Source: Octopus vulgaris (lineage: Eukaryota). From it: a stretch of 64,000 nucleotides of DNA. Below are positions 25,321 through 39,658 of this stretch, one piece after another. The DNA lies in NCBI GenBank assembly GCA_951406725.2, contig OX597841.1, positions 20,088,001 to 20,152,000 on the forward strand, in the 5' to 3' direction. The first letter of the stretch is position 1. Every line of letters begins with the position of its first letter. Both the position numbers and the translations under genes were made by a program. A model generated the notes under the pieces. The model searched no databases, was not told the origin of the DNA, and saw only the letters and a program-made list of their open reading frames with translations.

Positions 25321-25424
25321 TATAACAAGAAGCTTTATGAAAATAAACAAAAGACGAAGGTGGGTGGAGTACAAACAAACAATTGTATTAGTATGGCGCT
25401 CAGGAATAGAAATAAAACAATGTA

Positions 25425-26375
25425 TATATATATCATCATCATCATCATCATCATCGTTTAACGTCCGTTCTGATGATGATATATATATACATTGTTTTAT
25501 TTATATTCCTGAGCGCCATACTAATACAATTGTTTGTTTGTACTCCACCCGCCTTCGTCTTATCTGGCAATGTTTCTACAGCTGGATGCCCTTCCTAACG
25601 CCAACCACTCCGTGAGTGTAGTGGGTGCTTTTTACGTGCCACCTGCACAGGTGCCAGGCGAGGCTGGCAACGGCCACGGTCGGATTGGTGTATTTTATGT
25701 GACACCGGCACGGAAGCCAGTCGAGGCGGCGCTGGCATCGGCCACGAGTCGGATAGTGCTTTTTACGTACCACCAGACCAGGGATCCTGGCTGGTTCAAT
25801 TCGATTTCGCTTTCGCTTGCCCCAACATGTCTTCGCAAGCAAAGGGGGTTGGCATGGGTGCCTGTCGTCGGATGAGGTTCTATATCGACTTCGCTTGCCT
25901 CAACAGGTCTTTGTGTCCAAGGGAGGAAAGGCATTCATAAGTGGGCTGGGCTCACTTGTCCTGCCTGGTCTTCTCACGTACAGCATATTTCCAGAGGTCT
26001 CGGTCGCTGGTCATTTCCTCAGTGAGGCCTAAAGTTCGAAGGTCGTGCTTCACCACCTCATCCCAGGTTTTCCTGGGTCTACCTCTTCCACGGGCTCCCT
26101 CAACTGTTAGGGATTGGCACTTTCTCACACACCTATCTTCATCCATTCTCGCCACATGACCATACCAGTGCAATCGTCTCTCTTGCACACCACAACTGAT
26201 GCTTCTTAGGTACAACATTTCTCTCAAGGTACTAATGCTCTGTCGAGTATGTACACTGACATTACACATCCATCGGAGCATACTGGCTTCATTACTCACG
26301 AGCTTACGCATGTCCTCAGCAGTCACGGCCCATGTTTCACTGCCATGTAGCATGGCTGTTCATACACATGCATCT
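25425..26375 (-). mobile_element. RTE LINE 3' fragment
   Basis: ORF 25952-26353 (GSETWA...RLHWYGHV...RGRGRPRKTW) plus the same 3' UTR/tail. Confidence 0.9.
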
Positions 26376-26390
26376 ATATATATATACATA

Positions 26391-26430
<40 letters not shown>

Positions 26431-26431
<1 letters not shown>

Positions 26432-27868
26432 TAGCATTAAAGACCCGTCGTTGCCGGGTCATAGTGCTAGTGCATGTGTATATGTGTACATATATGTGTA
26501 CATATTACATGTACATCTATATATATACATTAATTAATTGTTATCGCCATATTAATATGGCATTCTTATAGATATAAGAATAATCGCTGCCGCTGGTCAG
26601 CTCCATGAGGCCACCGCCATCAAGATAGCTATTGATACACGATCTGTATCCATTATAACCTTCGAACAAGGGAGGTCAGCCGCTTCACAATGCCAGTCCA
26701 ACAGCTACAGATGCGTTTCGGGGTATTGCCCCTTGTCAATGTAGCGCAGTCAGACCGCAGGTGTCGTCACTGACGTCTCTGTTCGAAGGTTTCTATTTAC
26801 CTAGTTTCAGTGGAATACATCCACTTGTTTTCAATAATAGAAATATTAAAATTACTAAGTCTCTATAAATAGCTATCTTGATGGCAGCGATTATTCTTAT
26901 ATCTATAAGAATGCCATATTAATATGGCGATAACAATTAATTTCCAGTAAACGCTGCCGCAATCTCTTTTATAGAGACTTAGTAATTTTAATATTTCTAT
27001 TATATATATATACATCTACACATAAAATACAAAATACAAAGTTATATCTTGATATCGCTAGTGATAACAATACTCAAAATATATAACAGACTGGAATTGT
27101 TAGCCCGTCTCTTGTAATTTCGATCAATTGTATCTTGTCCTCCCTCTTGTATAGAAGTGTGGCTATAATTCAGCCTACATCTACTTCTGGGGGGGGGGGG
27201 GACATTTAAAATTTTTTTTTCCGGGATGTCCGACGTCCCAGATATATAGGTAAAAATAAAATATTTCCACTTTGCAAGGTTCGAGTCGAGTACTCCCTTG
27301 CACGCTCCGTTGACTCGAACCTTGCTTCTATTGTGGCGAATTTACCACCTCTGGTTAGATATCTTTCATAGTTGCACCAAGACACTTTTCGATGGTGCTT
27401 TCCTCCAGGTGTTCAAATCTTTTTTTTCTCTACATTGTATACTTTATAGACAATAGTCTTTTCTTTAATTTAATGGACTATTCCATTTCTGCGCATTAAT
27501 TTTATTTTATTCCCATTCCTGTGAAACCACTTATTCAAGTTCAAGTCATTGATGTAATTTTATACCAATTGCTATTTTTACTTTTGTTATGTTATGATTA
27601 TATTATACTTTAGTTTGATTTTAATTATTACTTACTACATATAATTCAATTGTTATTATTATTTTTATTGTTAAAGTGAAAGTATCTGACATAAAATAGA
27701 GAAACGTTTTTGTTTCACTTTTAACACGTAATACTGAAATAGTGGAGAAGATATGATATTGCTATGGGCTCGCTCTAGGCAAGAAGTTGAACATTTTTTT
27801 TGCCCATGAAACTACATGGACCCTAAGTAAGACAGAGACACACATTCTCAGTTTTATATCTATAAAGA
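26431..27868 (-). mobile_element. Non-autonomous Helitron, same family, carrying an insertion at ~26530-27005
   Basis: Reverse complement of 54350-55326. CTAG end at 26431 with hairpin gacccgtcgttgccgggtc. Confidence 0.8.
26704..26745 (-). ncRNA. Decayed type I hammerhead motif
   Basis: Minus strand: GCTACA-TTGACAA-GGGG-CAATA-CCCC-GAAA-CGCA-TC-TGTAGC. Confidence 0.6.
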
Positions 27869-28187
27869 TATAGATATATATATATATATATAGAACAAGC
27901 TTCCTTCAGTTTCTGTCTCCCAAATCTACTCTCAAGGCTTTGGTCAGCCCAACACCATAGTAGAAAACACCTACCCAAGGTGCCATGTAGTAGGACTGAA
28001 CTTGGAGCCATATGGTTGGGAAGCAAGTTTCTTACCACAAGGCCATGCTTGCACCTATACATACTTTTGCACAAAGACACACGCACCTACACATACTTTC
28101 ACACAAACATACTTATACACACACAGAACTGAATGTAAGTGAAAGACAAATATTCGTGAGAAGAGGAGGGCAGATGATGGCACTGAC

Positions 28188-28277
28188 CTGGGCTGCGATT
28201 TTACCCTTCCCCATCTTCAGATCCGATCGAACGACAACAACAAACTTCATTTCTCCATTATTGGCCAATCCACCAAT
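28188..28277 (-). CDS. PTRH2: PTRH2 coding exon 2
   Basis: IGGLANNGEMKFVVVVRSDLKMGKGKIAAQ contains the Pth2 signature VVRxDLKMGKGKxAAQ. tttcag acceptor, GTCAGT donor, 90 nt, phase 0/0. Confidence 0.95.
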
Positions 28278-29235
28278 CTGAAACATACAAAGGAAAACAC
28301 ATTAATATTACCATCATCACCAGCACAAACATCATCATCAGCGAAATCATCAACATAATCATCTCCTTTGTAATTATCATCATCAACATCATCATCATAA
28401 TCATCAAAATCGTCACCATCCTCATTATTACCACTGCCATCATAATTGACATCATCATTACCATCATCATCAATATCATCAACATCACCATCATCATCAT
28501 CTCCATCTTAATTACCATCATCAACATTCGTCATAATTATTACCATCTTCATCATGATCATTGCCAATCCTAATTGCTGTCACCATTATCTCTAATCCTC
28601 TTTCACTCAGGGCACTTCCTATTGTCTCAAATTCACGGAGTACCTCGACCCCACATCTCTTTGTTTCTCTCACTTTCCAGCTGGGCAAGCCATGTATTAC
28701 CTCTTCAGCAAGACACTTGCCTCTCTCCCTCCATCATAGTTTCTTATTCCTCCAATCTATACCCCACTCAGTTGATGGGGTCTTATCGTGCAGCTACTTG
28801 GCAACCTCACTGGTGCAGGTGCCACATACAATACAACTAGTGCACTCTGCTGAGTGGTTGACATTAAGAAGGGGATCCCAGCCAGGGAAAACCAGGCCAA
28901 GACAGACATAGAATCTGGCAGGGCCCGCTGGATCATCTCTTCTCACCAATTTGTCCAACCCATGCCAGTATCGAAAAAGGGACCGTAAATCTTGACTGTT
29001 CTTTTATTCTTTCACTTGTTTCAGTCACTTGACTGCAGCCATGCTGGAGCATTGCCTTTAGTCGAACAAATCAACCCCAGGACTTATTCTTTGTAAGCCT
29101 AGTACTTATTCTATCAGTCTCTTTTGCCAGACCACTAAGTTACAAGTATGTAAAGACACCAACATCGGTTGTCAAGTGATGGTGTAGAGGGGGATAAACA
29201 CAGACACACAAATACATACATATATATATATATCA

Positions 29236-30830
29236 TTGTCATTTAACATACGCTTTCCATGCTAGCATGGGTTGGACGATTTGACTGAGGTCTGGCGAAC
29301 CAGACTCCAGTCTGATCTGGCAGAGTTTCCACAGCTGGATGCCCTTCCTAACGCCAACCACTCCAAGAGTGTAGTGGGTGCTTTTACGTACCACTGGTAC
29401 GAGGGCCAGTTTGGTGATACTGGCAACGGCCACACCCAAATGGTGCTTTTTACATGCCACCTGCACAAGAGCCAGTCCAGCAGCACTGGCGCCGACCTCG
29501 CTCGAATATTTCACATGCCACCAGCTCAAGTGCTAGTAAGGCGACGCGGTAACAATCACACTTGAATGGTGTGCTTAACGTGCCATTGGCACAGAGGCGA
29601 GCTTGTTGCTCTGGCAACGATCTTACTCGTATGGTACTCTTAGCGCTCCACTAGCAACGGATGCCAGTCACTGAAATTGATTTCGACTTCGATTTCACTT
29701 GCCTCAACTGGTCTTCGCAAGCAGAGTTTAGTGTTCAATGAAGAAAAGGCACACATAAGTGGACTGGTTACACCCCTAGCATAGGCCACAAGGTTATGGT
29801 CACACTTGCGCTTGCCGAGTCTTCTCAAGCACAGCATATTTCCAGAGGTCCCGGTCACTAGTCATTGCCTCGGTGAGGCCCAATATTTGAAGGTCATGCT
29901 TCACCACCTCATCCCAGGTCTTCCTGGGTCTACCTCTTCCACAGGTTCCCTCAACCGCTAGGGTGTGGCACTTTTTCACACAGTTGTCCTCATCCATTCT
30001 TGCACCACATGACCATACCAGCGCAGACGTCTCTCTTGCACACCACATCTGATGCTTCTTAGGTCCAACTTTTCTCTCAAGGTACTTACACTCTGTCGAG
30101 TATGCACACTGACATTACACATCCATCTGATCATACTGGCTTCATTCCTTGCGAGCTTACGCATATCCTCAGCAGTCACAGCCCATGTTTCACTGCCATT
30201 TAGCATAGCTGTTCGTACACATGCGTCATACAATCTGCCTTTTACTCTGAGCGAGAGGCCCTTTGTCACCAGCAGAGGTAAGAGCTCTCTGAACTTAGCC
30301 CAGGCTATTCTTATTCTAGCAGCTACACTTTCAGTGCACCCTCGTCCGCTACTAACTTGGTCACCTAGGTAACGGAAGCTATCAACTACTTCTAGTTTTT
30401 CTCCCTGGAATGTGGCGGAAGTTGTTCTCTGGACATTTTCAGTGTTATTTATAGCGTCCGAGCATCTGCCACATATGAAAACTATCCTCCCAGTTAGCCT
30501 TCCTTTGATATTGCTGCACCTCTTATGTGTCCATAGCTTACACTTGGTGCATCTTATAGAGTTTCTACCTACACCTTTTCTACAGATCGAGCAGGGCCAT
30601 CTTCCTGAAGACATTTGTGGATTGTCTTCCTTCCTACTTATTAGTACTTTGGTTTTAGCTAGGTTGACTCTAAGGCCCCTCGATTCTAAACCCTCCTTCC
30701 ACACCTGGAACTTCTCCAGTTCTGATAGTGACTCAGCAATTAGAGCAAGATCGTCAGCATAGAGGAGCTCCCAGGGGCATCCTGTCTAGAATTCCTCCGT
30801 TATTGCCTGGAGGACTATGATAAATTCCTA
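29236..30830 (-). mobile_element. 5'-truncated RTE-clade LINE
   Basis: RT with LLYADD region, WPCSIC...C..C...H..C zinc-finger insert, FRYLG, GSETW, LRWYGHV, RGRGRPRKTW; 3' UTR ending in an (ATG)n-like tail. Confidence 0.92.
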
Positions 30831-32665
30831 TTTATCATAGTCCTTCAGTTGTCTTCTACCCCATGTGAAGCTATATCCCCTTCTACTTGGTGGAAGGAGG
30901 TCTAGGTGAAGCAAGTGGTTATCAAAAGAGGGAGTATTATTTGCCAATGGCAGAACACGTTTTTTTCATAGAAAATTGGATGACAGTGACACTCTCTTTT
31001 ACTTGTTTCAGTCATTTGACTGCAGCCATGCTGGAGCACCACCTTTAGTTGAGCAAATCGACCCCAGGACTTATTCTTTGTAAGCCTAGTACTTATTCTA
31101 GCAGTCTCTTTTGCCGAACCACTAAGTTACGGGGTCATAAACACACCAGCATCGGTTCTCAAGCGATGTTGGGGAGACAAACACAGACACACAAACACAC
31201 ATACATATATACAACAGGCCTCTTGCAGTTTCCGTCTACTAAATCCACAGACAAGGCTTTGGTCAGCCCGAGGTTATAGTAGAAGACACTTGCCCAAGGT
31301 GCCACGCAGTGAGACTGAACCCAGAACCATGTAGTTGGTAAACAAGCTACTTACCACACAGCCATTCCTATCATCACACAATATCAAGATAAGAAGACAC
31401 AAACACACACATACACGTATATGCACAATAACAAAAAACATATCTGTATGTATATACATATAACATATCTGTATGTATATATATACATATACATGGAGAG
31501 ATAGAGTGTGGGGGGGGGGGGGAGAAATTTAAGCAAAGTCAACTCCAATGTTGGGACCAACTTCATGCAAGCATGAACCCATCCTGCTCTAAATGGAAAC
31601 CTTACCTGTGACTTTGGTTTTGTGGCATGAAGCAAAGCAGGTGTTGCTGTCCACTCAACAAAATACAGAGTAAATGATTCACAAGCAAACTGAGCAAACT
31701 GAGTCCTCAACTTGTTCCCTTTGCCAAATGGTTTGCAAGACACCAGCAGACCTCAAGAGACACGTTTGTGTCCATTGAACATGACTACTGCTTTATTTTA
31801 TTGAACAGTCACTTGAATCCATCATAGAAAGATAGAAAAAGAGAGTGAGAGAGAAAGAGCTATACATATATGCACAATGAGTTTCTTTCAGTTTCCATTC
31901 ACCAAATTTACTCAGAAGGCTTTAGTCAGCCAATGGCTGTAGCAGAAGATACTTGTCCAAGGCACCACAGAGTGGGATTGAACCAGAAACCATACGGCTT
32001 GGAAGCGACCTTTTTAACCCCGCAGCCATGCTTGCACCTATATAAGAGTCATACACAATAAGTTTAATAAAACTTTATGAGGTTGAGCATCACCTCTGTG
32101 AGATGACCTCTGGTGGTTTGCTCTGCTTGAGAAGACACATCAGGCTAAGCAAAATCAGGGTCACCCACACAGACAGGAATGTCCTTTGCAGCAGCAATCA
32201 CATCTTCCCACCACTTCTTTGTCCTAATGGAGAAGCCAAGTATCCCCTCTGGTCATCCCACAGGTGCTGGTGTTCTGTAAAAATGCACCCATGTGGTGCC
32301 AGCACCACATGGGACAACATCCGTACTGGTGTCACATAAAAAAGTACATGTGCCAACGCCAGGTAAGAAAGCACCCATGTCAGAGCCACGTAAAAAAGCA
32401 GGCAGTTCACTCTGTAAAATGGTTGGCGTTAGGAAGGGCATCAGCTGTAGAAGCAATACCCAAACAGATGACTGAAGCCTGGTGCAGCTCTTCCCAGCTC
32501 CTATCAAGCCATCCAACCCATGCCAGCATGGAAAGACAGACGTGAAACAATGGTGATGACGATGATGATTATGAAAGAGTAACTTGTGACAATCTCACGT
32601 TGGATCTGGCATAAACTGACAATGAGGAGGAGACAAAAATTATATGGGATTCTTCATAAACTTAC

Positions 32666-32794
32666 CTCATCTGTCATGAACTTTGGAGTACGTGCAAAGA
32701 GTTTTCTCTGGAATAACAAGGTCAACGTTATCCCTATTCCTAATCCTGCTGACAAGGCTAATGCCAAATTCATTTCATTGTCATTCAACTTCAT
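32666..32794 (-). CDS. PTRH2: Peptidyl-tRNA hydrolase 2 (Pth2/Bit1), first coding exon with N-terminal hydrophobic anchor
   Basis: Translates MKLNDNEMNLALALSAGLGIGITLTLLFQRKLFARTPKFMTDE (43 codons). Polypyrimidine/AG acceptor before 32820, GTAAG donor after 32666, phase 0 matches the next exon. Pth2 proteins start with such a TM segment. Confidence 0.8.
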
Positions 32795-33207
32795 GTTGTT
32801 GCATCAGGTTAATGCTAAGACTGATGGGAAGGAAAAGAAAAAAAGGAAAAGATAAGGTTAGACATGAACCTAAACTTTGTTGCTTGACCTCAGAAAAGAG
32901 GCCACACCAACATTCTGTCAGTTACAATGAACAGGGTTCCAGTTGATCCAATCAATGGAACAGCCTGAACGTGAAATTAACATGCAAGTAGCTGAGCACT
33001 CCACAGACATGCATACCCTTAATGCAGTTCTTAGGGATATTCAGCATGACATAGAATGAGACTATATATATATTTCATCCAAGACTATTGAAAAGGTTGC
33101 AAGATGCAGTGAAAATTTTAGGAAAATAAAAATAAGTGGAAATTTTAAGGGTGGGTGTGTTAAATTATAAGGCACAAAAAGAAAATGACTCTCCCCAGAC
33201 ACAACAG

Positions 33208-33241
<34 letters not shown>

Positions 33242-36200
33242 TACATACATATTTCATTTAGGCATTGCCAGACGAATAACCTGGTCACATCTGCTTCAGA
33301 ACAAAGAGTAATAAGAAACCGAGATGACAAAGGATGATTATCCTCTGACCTTCGTTGGCTTACAGCTGTTTCTAGTTTAAAAAGTATGAGTGGTTGTGTG
33401 GTAAGAAGCTTGCTTCCCAACCACATGGTTCCGGGTTCAGTCCCACTGGTGGCACCTTGGGCAAGTCTCTTCTACTATAGCTTTGGGTTGACCAAAGCCT
33501 TGTGAGTGGATTTGCTAGACAGAAACTGTGTGTGTGTGTGTGTGTGTGTATGTCTTTGTGTACCTGTGTTTGTACCCCTACCATTGCTTGATACTGATGT
33601 TGGTGTGTTTACATCCTGTAACTTAACAATTCAGCAAAAGAGGCCAATAGAATAAGTACTAGGCTTGCAAAGAATAAGTCCTGGGGTTGATTTGTTTGAC
33701 TAAAGGCAGTGCTCCAGCATGGCCAGGGTCAAATGACTGAAACAAGTAAAAGAGTAAAAGAATATATATATGCATGTATTTGTTATCTTGTTTACTGACT
33801 GACTGTATGTGTGTGTGTGTGTGTATGTATTTATGTATGTGTATGTGTATGTATGTAAGTATGTATTTATGTATGCATGTATGTATTTATGTATGTATGT
33901 ATGTATTTATGTATGCATGTACGTGTCCATGTGTTTGTGTATCAACGTGGGATTCATTGCCTTGTAAACAATAGCTTCCTGACAAATCTTGGAATGCAAT
34001 CTTTGCACACAAAAAGGGCTCCTTTCTTTCCAGTTCCCTGCATTAAACATTTTCATGCTTTTCGCTGTTCATCAGACTAAGAGATAATTACTTGGAAACA
34101 AGCTGGAGTTGGTGACAGGAAGGAGATGAAGACCCCGAAAAGTCTGCTTCAACATACTTTTGTATGTTCTGCAATGCAAGAAAACAAAATACTGTGTGTG
34201 TGTGTGATCTTAAAACCAAGGTGTCACTTAAAAAGCACTGGTAATGGTACGTGTAAAAAGCAGCCAACCCAGTTTGCTCTGTAAAGTGGTTGGCATTAGG
34301 AAGAGCATTCTGCTGTAGAAGCCAGGCCAAAACAGACTATGGAACCTGGTCCAGTCTTCTGGTGCACCACCACATACACACATACAGGGACGGATGGAAA
34401 ATGAATGAAACTGCTTTTATAATGGTGACACTGATTTACAACTATTGTGCAATGTCAAGACAAGGAGAAACAAACATACACACACTTATCGGTCAGTCGG
34501 TAGGTAGATATATAGATAGAAACGTGAGCACGCCGGGCGAAATGCTCAGTGGTATTTCATCTGCCGTTACGTTCTGAGTTCCAAATCTGCTGAGGTCGAC
34601 TTTGCCTTTCATCCTTTCAGGGTCGATTAAATAAGTACTAGTTACGCATTGGGGTCGATGTAATCAACTTAATCCGTTTGTCTGTCCTTGTTTGTCCTCT
34701 CTGTGTTTAGCCCCTTGTGGGTAGTAAAGAAATAGATATATTTACATATATATATGCAGTGGTATACTTATGAACGATTTTGGAGGGGTTGTGTTGTGAT
34801 GAGAGTCGCAGTACCCCCTTGCGAGAAACAGACTGGATCAGGGATTATAAATAGTGGCAGTCAGAGTGAATTTTGTGTGTTATTTCGAGTTGAGTTCAGG
34901 GTGAAGTCGGAAGGTGTCGGTTGGTTAGTGTTCCTTTGAATCGTTACGTTATTATTATGGCTGCATTGTTATCTTGTTTACTGTTACTACACAGGTACCG
35001 TGTATCTAAACCATCTGTTACAATATCATGGTGGTACCACGACATTTGGAGGTGGAGGTTGGCACCAAGTTTTGGCATAGAGGGCTATACCAGCTCCTGA
35101 AATGGACATCACTGCATTATTCCAAAGACCCCACCTATCCCGTCTAAAATGAGGACCATATACTACAGTAGCTTGGGATTCAGGGGCCCACAGCCAAAAC
35201 ATCTGAGAGATCTTCATGGAGTAAGGGTAGATGTTTCGAGAAACAACTTCACCTCTTTCTGTCCAAGGTTCCAGATGAACCAATATATGGCAAGAAACTC
35301 AACAGAGGGCAGCAGTGTCGCTCTCCCTCCTTCACTAAAAGCCAATCGCATAAGAATGGCAATGGAAAAGGTGATTGCACTGGTGGTGCTGAAACATGTA
35401 AAAGAATATATGACAAACTTTATTCAATTTCCGTCTACCAAATCCACTCACAAGTCTGCCAAGGACTTTAGTGGAAGACAATTGCCCAAAGTTCCATGTG
35501 GTAGGACTAAACCTGGAACCATGTGGGTGGGAAACAAACTTCTCAGACACACAATTATGCACATGCCTGATACAGCAAAGAGAAAAAGAGTTGAGGGAGA
35601 ATACAGAAGCAATTCAGTAATAACTGAGACTGTTCCATCTATTTTATTTTAGTGACTATGGAAGAGTCTATTGTAATTGTTACAGCTGTAAAGTAAAAGA
35701 ATAAGAATCCGCAGGCGTGGCTGGGTAGTGAGTAGCTTGCTTCCCAACCAAATGTGTGGCACCTTGGGTGTTTTCTCCTATAGCCTCAGGTTGACAAAGG
35801 CCTTGTGAGTGGATTTGGTAGACAGACACTGAAAGAAGCTCATTGTGTGTGTGTGTGTATATATATATCACCACTTGTCAACCAGTGTTGGTGTGTTTAT
35901 ATTCCCGTAAATTAGGCAGTTTGGCAAAAGAGACCAATAGAATAAGTACCAGGCTTTAAAAAATAACAAATAGTGGGGTTGATTCATTTGCATAAAATTT
36001 TTCAAGGTGGTTCCCCAGCATGGCCACAGTCAAATGAGTGAAACAAGTACGAAAAATAAAAGAAATAGGTCTTTTCCTCCTCCTGATGGGCTGATCAACT
36101 GTGATAAATCATCATCATCATCATTTAACGTCTGCCTTCTATGTTAGCATGGCTTGGATGGTTTGACAGGAGCCATCCAGGCACGAGATTGCACCAGACC

Positions 36201-37439
36201 TCAGTGTCTACTTTGGCATAGTTTTTTACAGCTGGATACCCTTCCTAACACCAATCACCCCACAGGGTGAACTGAGTGCTTATTACATGGCAACAGCACA
36301 GGTGAAGTCAGTTTTGGCATACCCTTCCAAATGTCAACCTCTTTACAGTGTGGACTGGATGCTTTTTACATGGCACCAGCACTGCCAGGGTCTAGAATTG
36401 CAGGTCCTGTCACCATAATGAACCAGTGCTAGCATCTGATCCTCAGAAGAGAAAAGGATAAAAAAGAGCTAAAATTACTATCTTCAACTTAGTTTTTATG
36501 CCTTTCCTCACCAACGGTCATGAATGTTGAGTAACAAATGACAGATCACAACCAAGAATATGAGCAGCCAGAATGGGAGTTCTAAAGCAGGTGGTTGATA
36601 GCTCAGAGCTCCAACAGCCAGGTCAGCAGGTGGGAAAGCACAGACCAGCCCAGCCCAGAGAAGAAGTAGTCATGGGGGGGGGGTAGAAACAGTCCACCCC
36701 AGGCAGCACCTTCGGGTCTGCTGTAAGCAATGTGTTTGGGGGGTGGCAAGCCTCAGACGGTACTCACTCTAGCTACACTAGTGGCTGGATGTCTTGTGTA
36801 ATGTAGTTCTTCGTCATGACTTCACAGACTTTAGTTCTTCATTGCCTAACTTCACACCTTCTGGTCAACTGACCACCAAAAGTCCACCTCACAGTGAAAG
36901 CACACCAAAAGTTAATAAGGAAAATGTGCATCTTGCTTTAAATCAGTCACGCAATCAATGGACATTATTCCACATTAGAATTAATTATGGATCCTTTATT
37001 TATTTTCTATGGTAGAATCCTTTTAAATTATATTTATCAGATGAGTTCTTCTATTTGCTACAGATGATTGCTTTAACTAGAACTTTATTCCCTCTTTTAT
37101 AATACTATTTTGTTTTTCACACATTCACTTGTGCAGGATTGCAAAAGCACACCCAAAGGCCAGAAACATGTTAAACATAAAATAAATACATCTGAAGCTT
37201 TTCAGGGACCCTTAAAATACCAACATGATCTCAAATTTTCTACTTTGCTTGTGTGGACCCTCAAAAAGCTTAGACGGACCTGCAGGGGTCATATGCACCC
37301 CCGTTGAGAACGACTGCTATGGAATAACTGTAGCAAGTGCTAAAGAAAGCCCTATGGAGATCTAATACAGAAACTAAACAAGGAACGTCTCAAAACCTGC
37401 AACCTAAATGGAAGAAAATAACTCCAAAAATTTGAGAAA

Positions 37440-38758
37440 ATTTGGTACATTTTATGCCAAGGTATATACCGCTGCAATTAGAGGGAAAAAGTGGAGCGAC
37501 AACGTATAAAATCACGTTAAAAATATATAATAGGATATTTGTCATAATTTATTAACCTTCTGGTCACATAATTAAATGAAATTGGAAGATTAGTATGGGT
37601 GCCTAACACTTTTGCGAAAGTATGTATTATGTATGAATAAGCCGACAATAATCTCTTCTTACTCAATCTGCGAGAAATAGCAGCCAAAACTCGCTATGTA
37701 TGAACCAACAAAGACTTTTACATGACAGCCAAACCGGGTGGAAACAGTAACGAAATTTCACTGAATGCACGCCCTACTTGACTTACGGATGTATATATGT
37801 ATGTATACGCCGATGAGAGATGTCTGGACTGTAGCAAGAGCTGTTAGAAACAACAGCCAAATCTCTTTCACATGACACATACTGTAATATGCATATATGC
37901 ACCTTTGAGCTAATGGGAGAGGCTTCTATACGGTAGCTAGACTTCATAGAAAGCACAGAAAGCTCTCTCGAATCACACCCTCCTGACTTATGTATGCATG
38001 AGCCAATAAGAAAGACATCTACGTGGTAACAAGAGCTGTTGGAAATAACAGCCAGATTTCCCTCAAATCAAGCCCTACCGTCTTGGGAACAAGGAAATGA
38101 TATATTGGACACTGTAGATGGGTATAATAATTAAGACCTCTTGTTTTACTTATATTTATGCGCAATTTCATCAATTCAAAGACACAATGGTCGCGACTGA
38201 TGAACCTTTGACCACAAATTAACTGGATTTGGTAGTTATTTCGGCGTTGTAATTGGAACTTTGTTTTATTGGCCTCTGAAGGACGAAACACTCTATCAAT
38301 CTTGGCGGGATTTTAACACAGAACCCAAAGGCATTTTGTTCGACGCTTTAACGATCAAAGGATTTTGCTAAATTCCACTTCTGTTTTTAACTGTAATTAT
38401 TAGCAATTAAAAAGTGATTAGCAAAGTTTCGAGTTTGCTCAAAGGGAGGAAGAATGGTATTCGATAATTAATGTCCAATAAATGACATCCAGCGTCATTT
38501 ATGGCCCATATTAATGCATTGAATACCAAAGCCGTAGTCAAAGTACTGAAACAAGTAAAAGATACACAGACACACACAACACGCCGATATACATAAATAC
38601 ATACACAACATACTTGGGATATCTTATAAAGATGGGACACGTTTTGCTTGCTGTGTTTCCGCATCCTTATGAAACATCCTATATATATATGTGTGTATGT
38701 GTGTGTGTGAATATATATATATATATATATATAAAGAGAGAGAGAGAGAGAGGGAGAT

Positions 38759-38805
<47 letters not shown>

Positions 38806-39290
38806 TGTTCATAATGGCTAAAGCAGGAGATTTAAATTTCATACATACATAATACAAAATACTGGAGCCAGAATGATGTTTTAGCGATCTTCAAATCATC
38901 GAAGAAGAGTGAAGGGTGAAATGAAAGAAAGAGGCAACAGGCAATGGGCTGACAGTGCAGCAATATGCAGTGCGGTGCGGTGCAATGTAGTAAGTGATGC
39001 TGGAGACGGAGAGATGCAGTCACACAACTTTTGATGCTCAACTTTCTGTCATCAATGAAAGAAGAAGAAAAAAAAAGCACCGGAAGTTAAAGGGAGTGAA
39101 CTCAGTGTGTCAATGTTGGAACTTTGAATCTGGGACGTTTTGTAATTGCTCGGAAACAAGAACTTTAGAGAAATACTATTTTAACTTCTCTGAACAGTCC
39201 TAATTCAGCAGACGATATTATCAGAGATTTCCCAACTATTTCAATATCAGTTACAATATATTGAGCAATGTGGGCTTGTCCTTTATCTTT
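37440..39290 (-). promoter_or_regulatory. Probable PTRH2 promoter / 5'UTR exon region
   Basis: CpG-retaining, mostly unique sequence upstream of the first coding exon, which begins at an acceptor. Candidate minus-strand donor (acttac at 37781-37786). Not resolved. Confidence 0.3.
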
Positions 39291-39292
39291 TA

Positions 39293-39658
39293 TTAGCACT
39301 ATGACCCGGCGTTGCCGGTTCATAGTGCTAGTGCCTGCAGATACAGCTGCGTGCGTGCGCACATACACGCGAGTACTGTCTAAATCTCCAACCAATCACA
39401 TACAGCTAGCTGGCATTCAATCGGCGTATCAAGTTTCGGGCCTTTTGATTCGGTTTTGGATAGAAAATTCACAAAAAATCACTTCTATTGATTTTTTAAA
39501 TGGCTTTGCAGGGTGACTGGGGAAATGTAAAGATGTGCACGACCACCCTTGGACGGTTTTGAATAACCATAGAAAGTGCGAGCTCTCTAACTGAAAAATT
39601 GTGGATTTGTATAAAGGACACACACGCAGACAGACATTTTGCCGTTTATATATAGAGA
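39293..39658 (-). mobile_element. Short Helitron sharing the same 3' hairpin end
   Basis: Minus strand reads A|TCTCTATATATAAA...TGTCTGTCTG ... hairpin ...GCCGGGTCATAGTGCTAA|T: TC start, CTRR end, A/T target. Confidence 0.75.
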
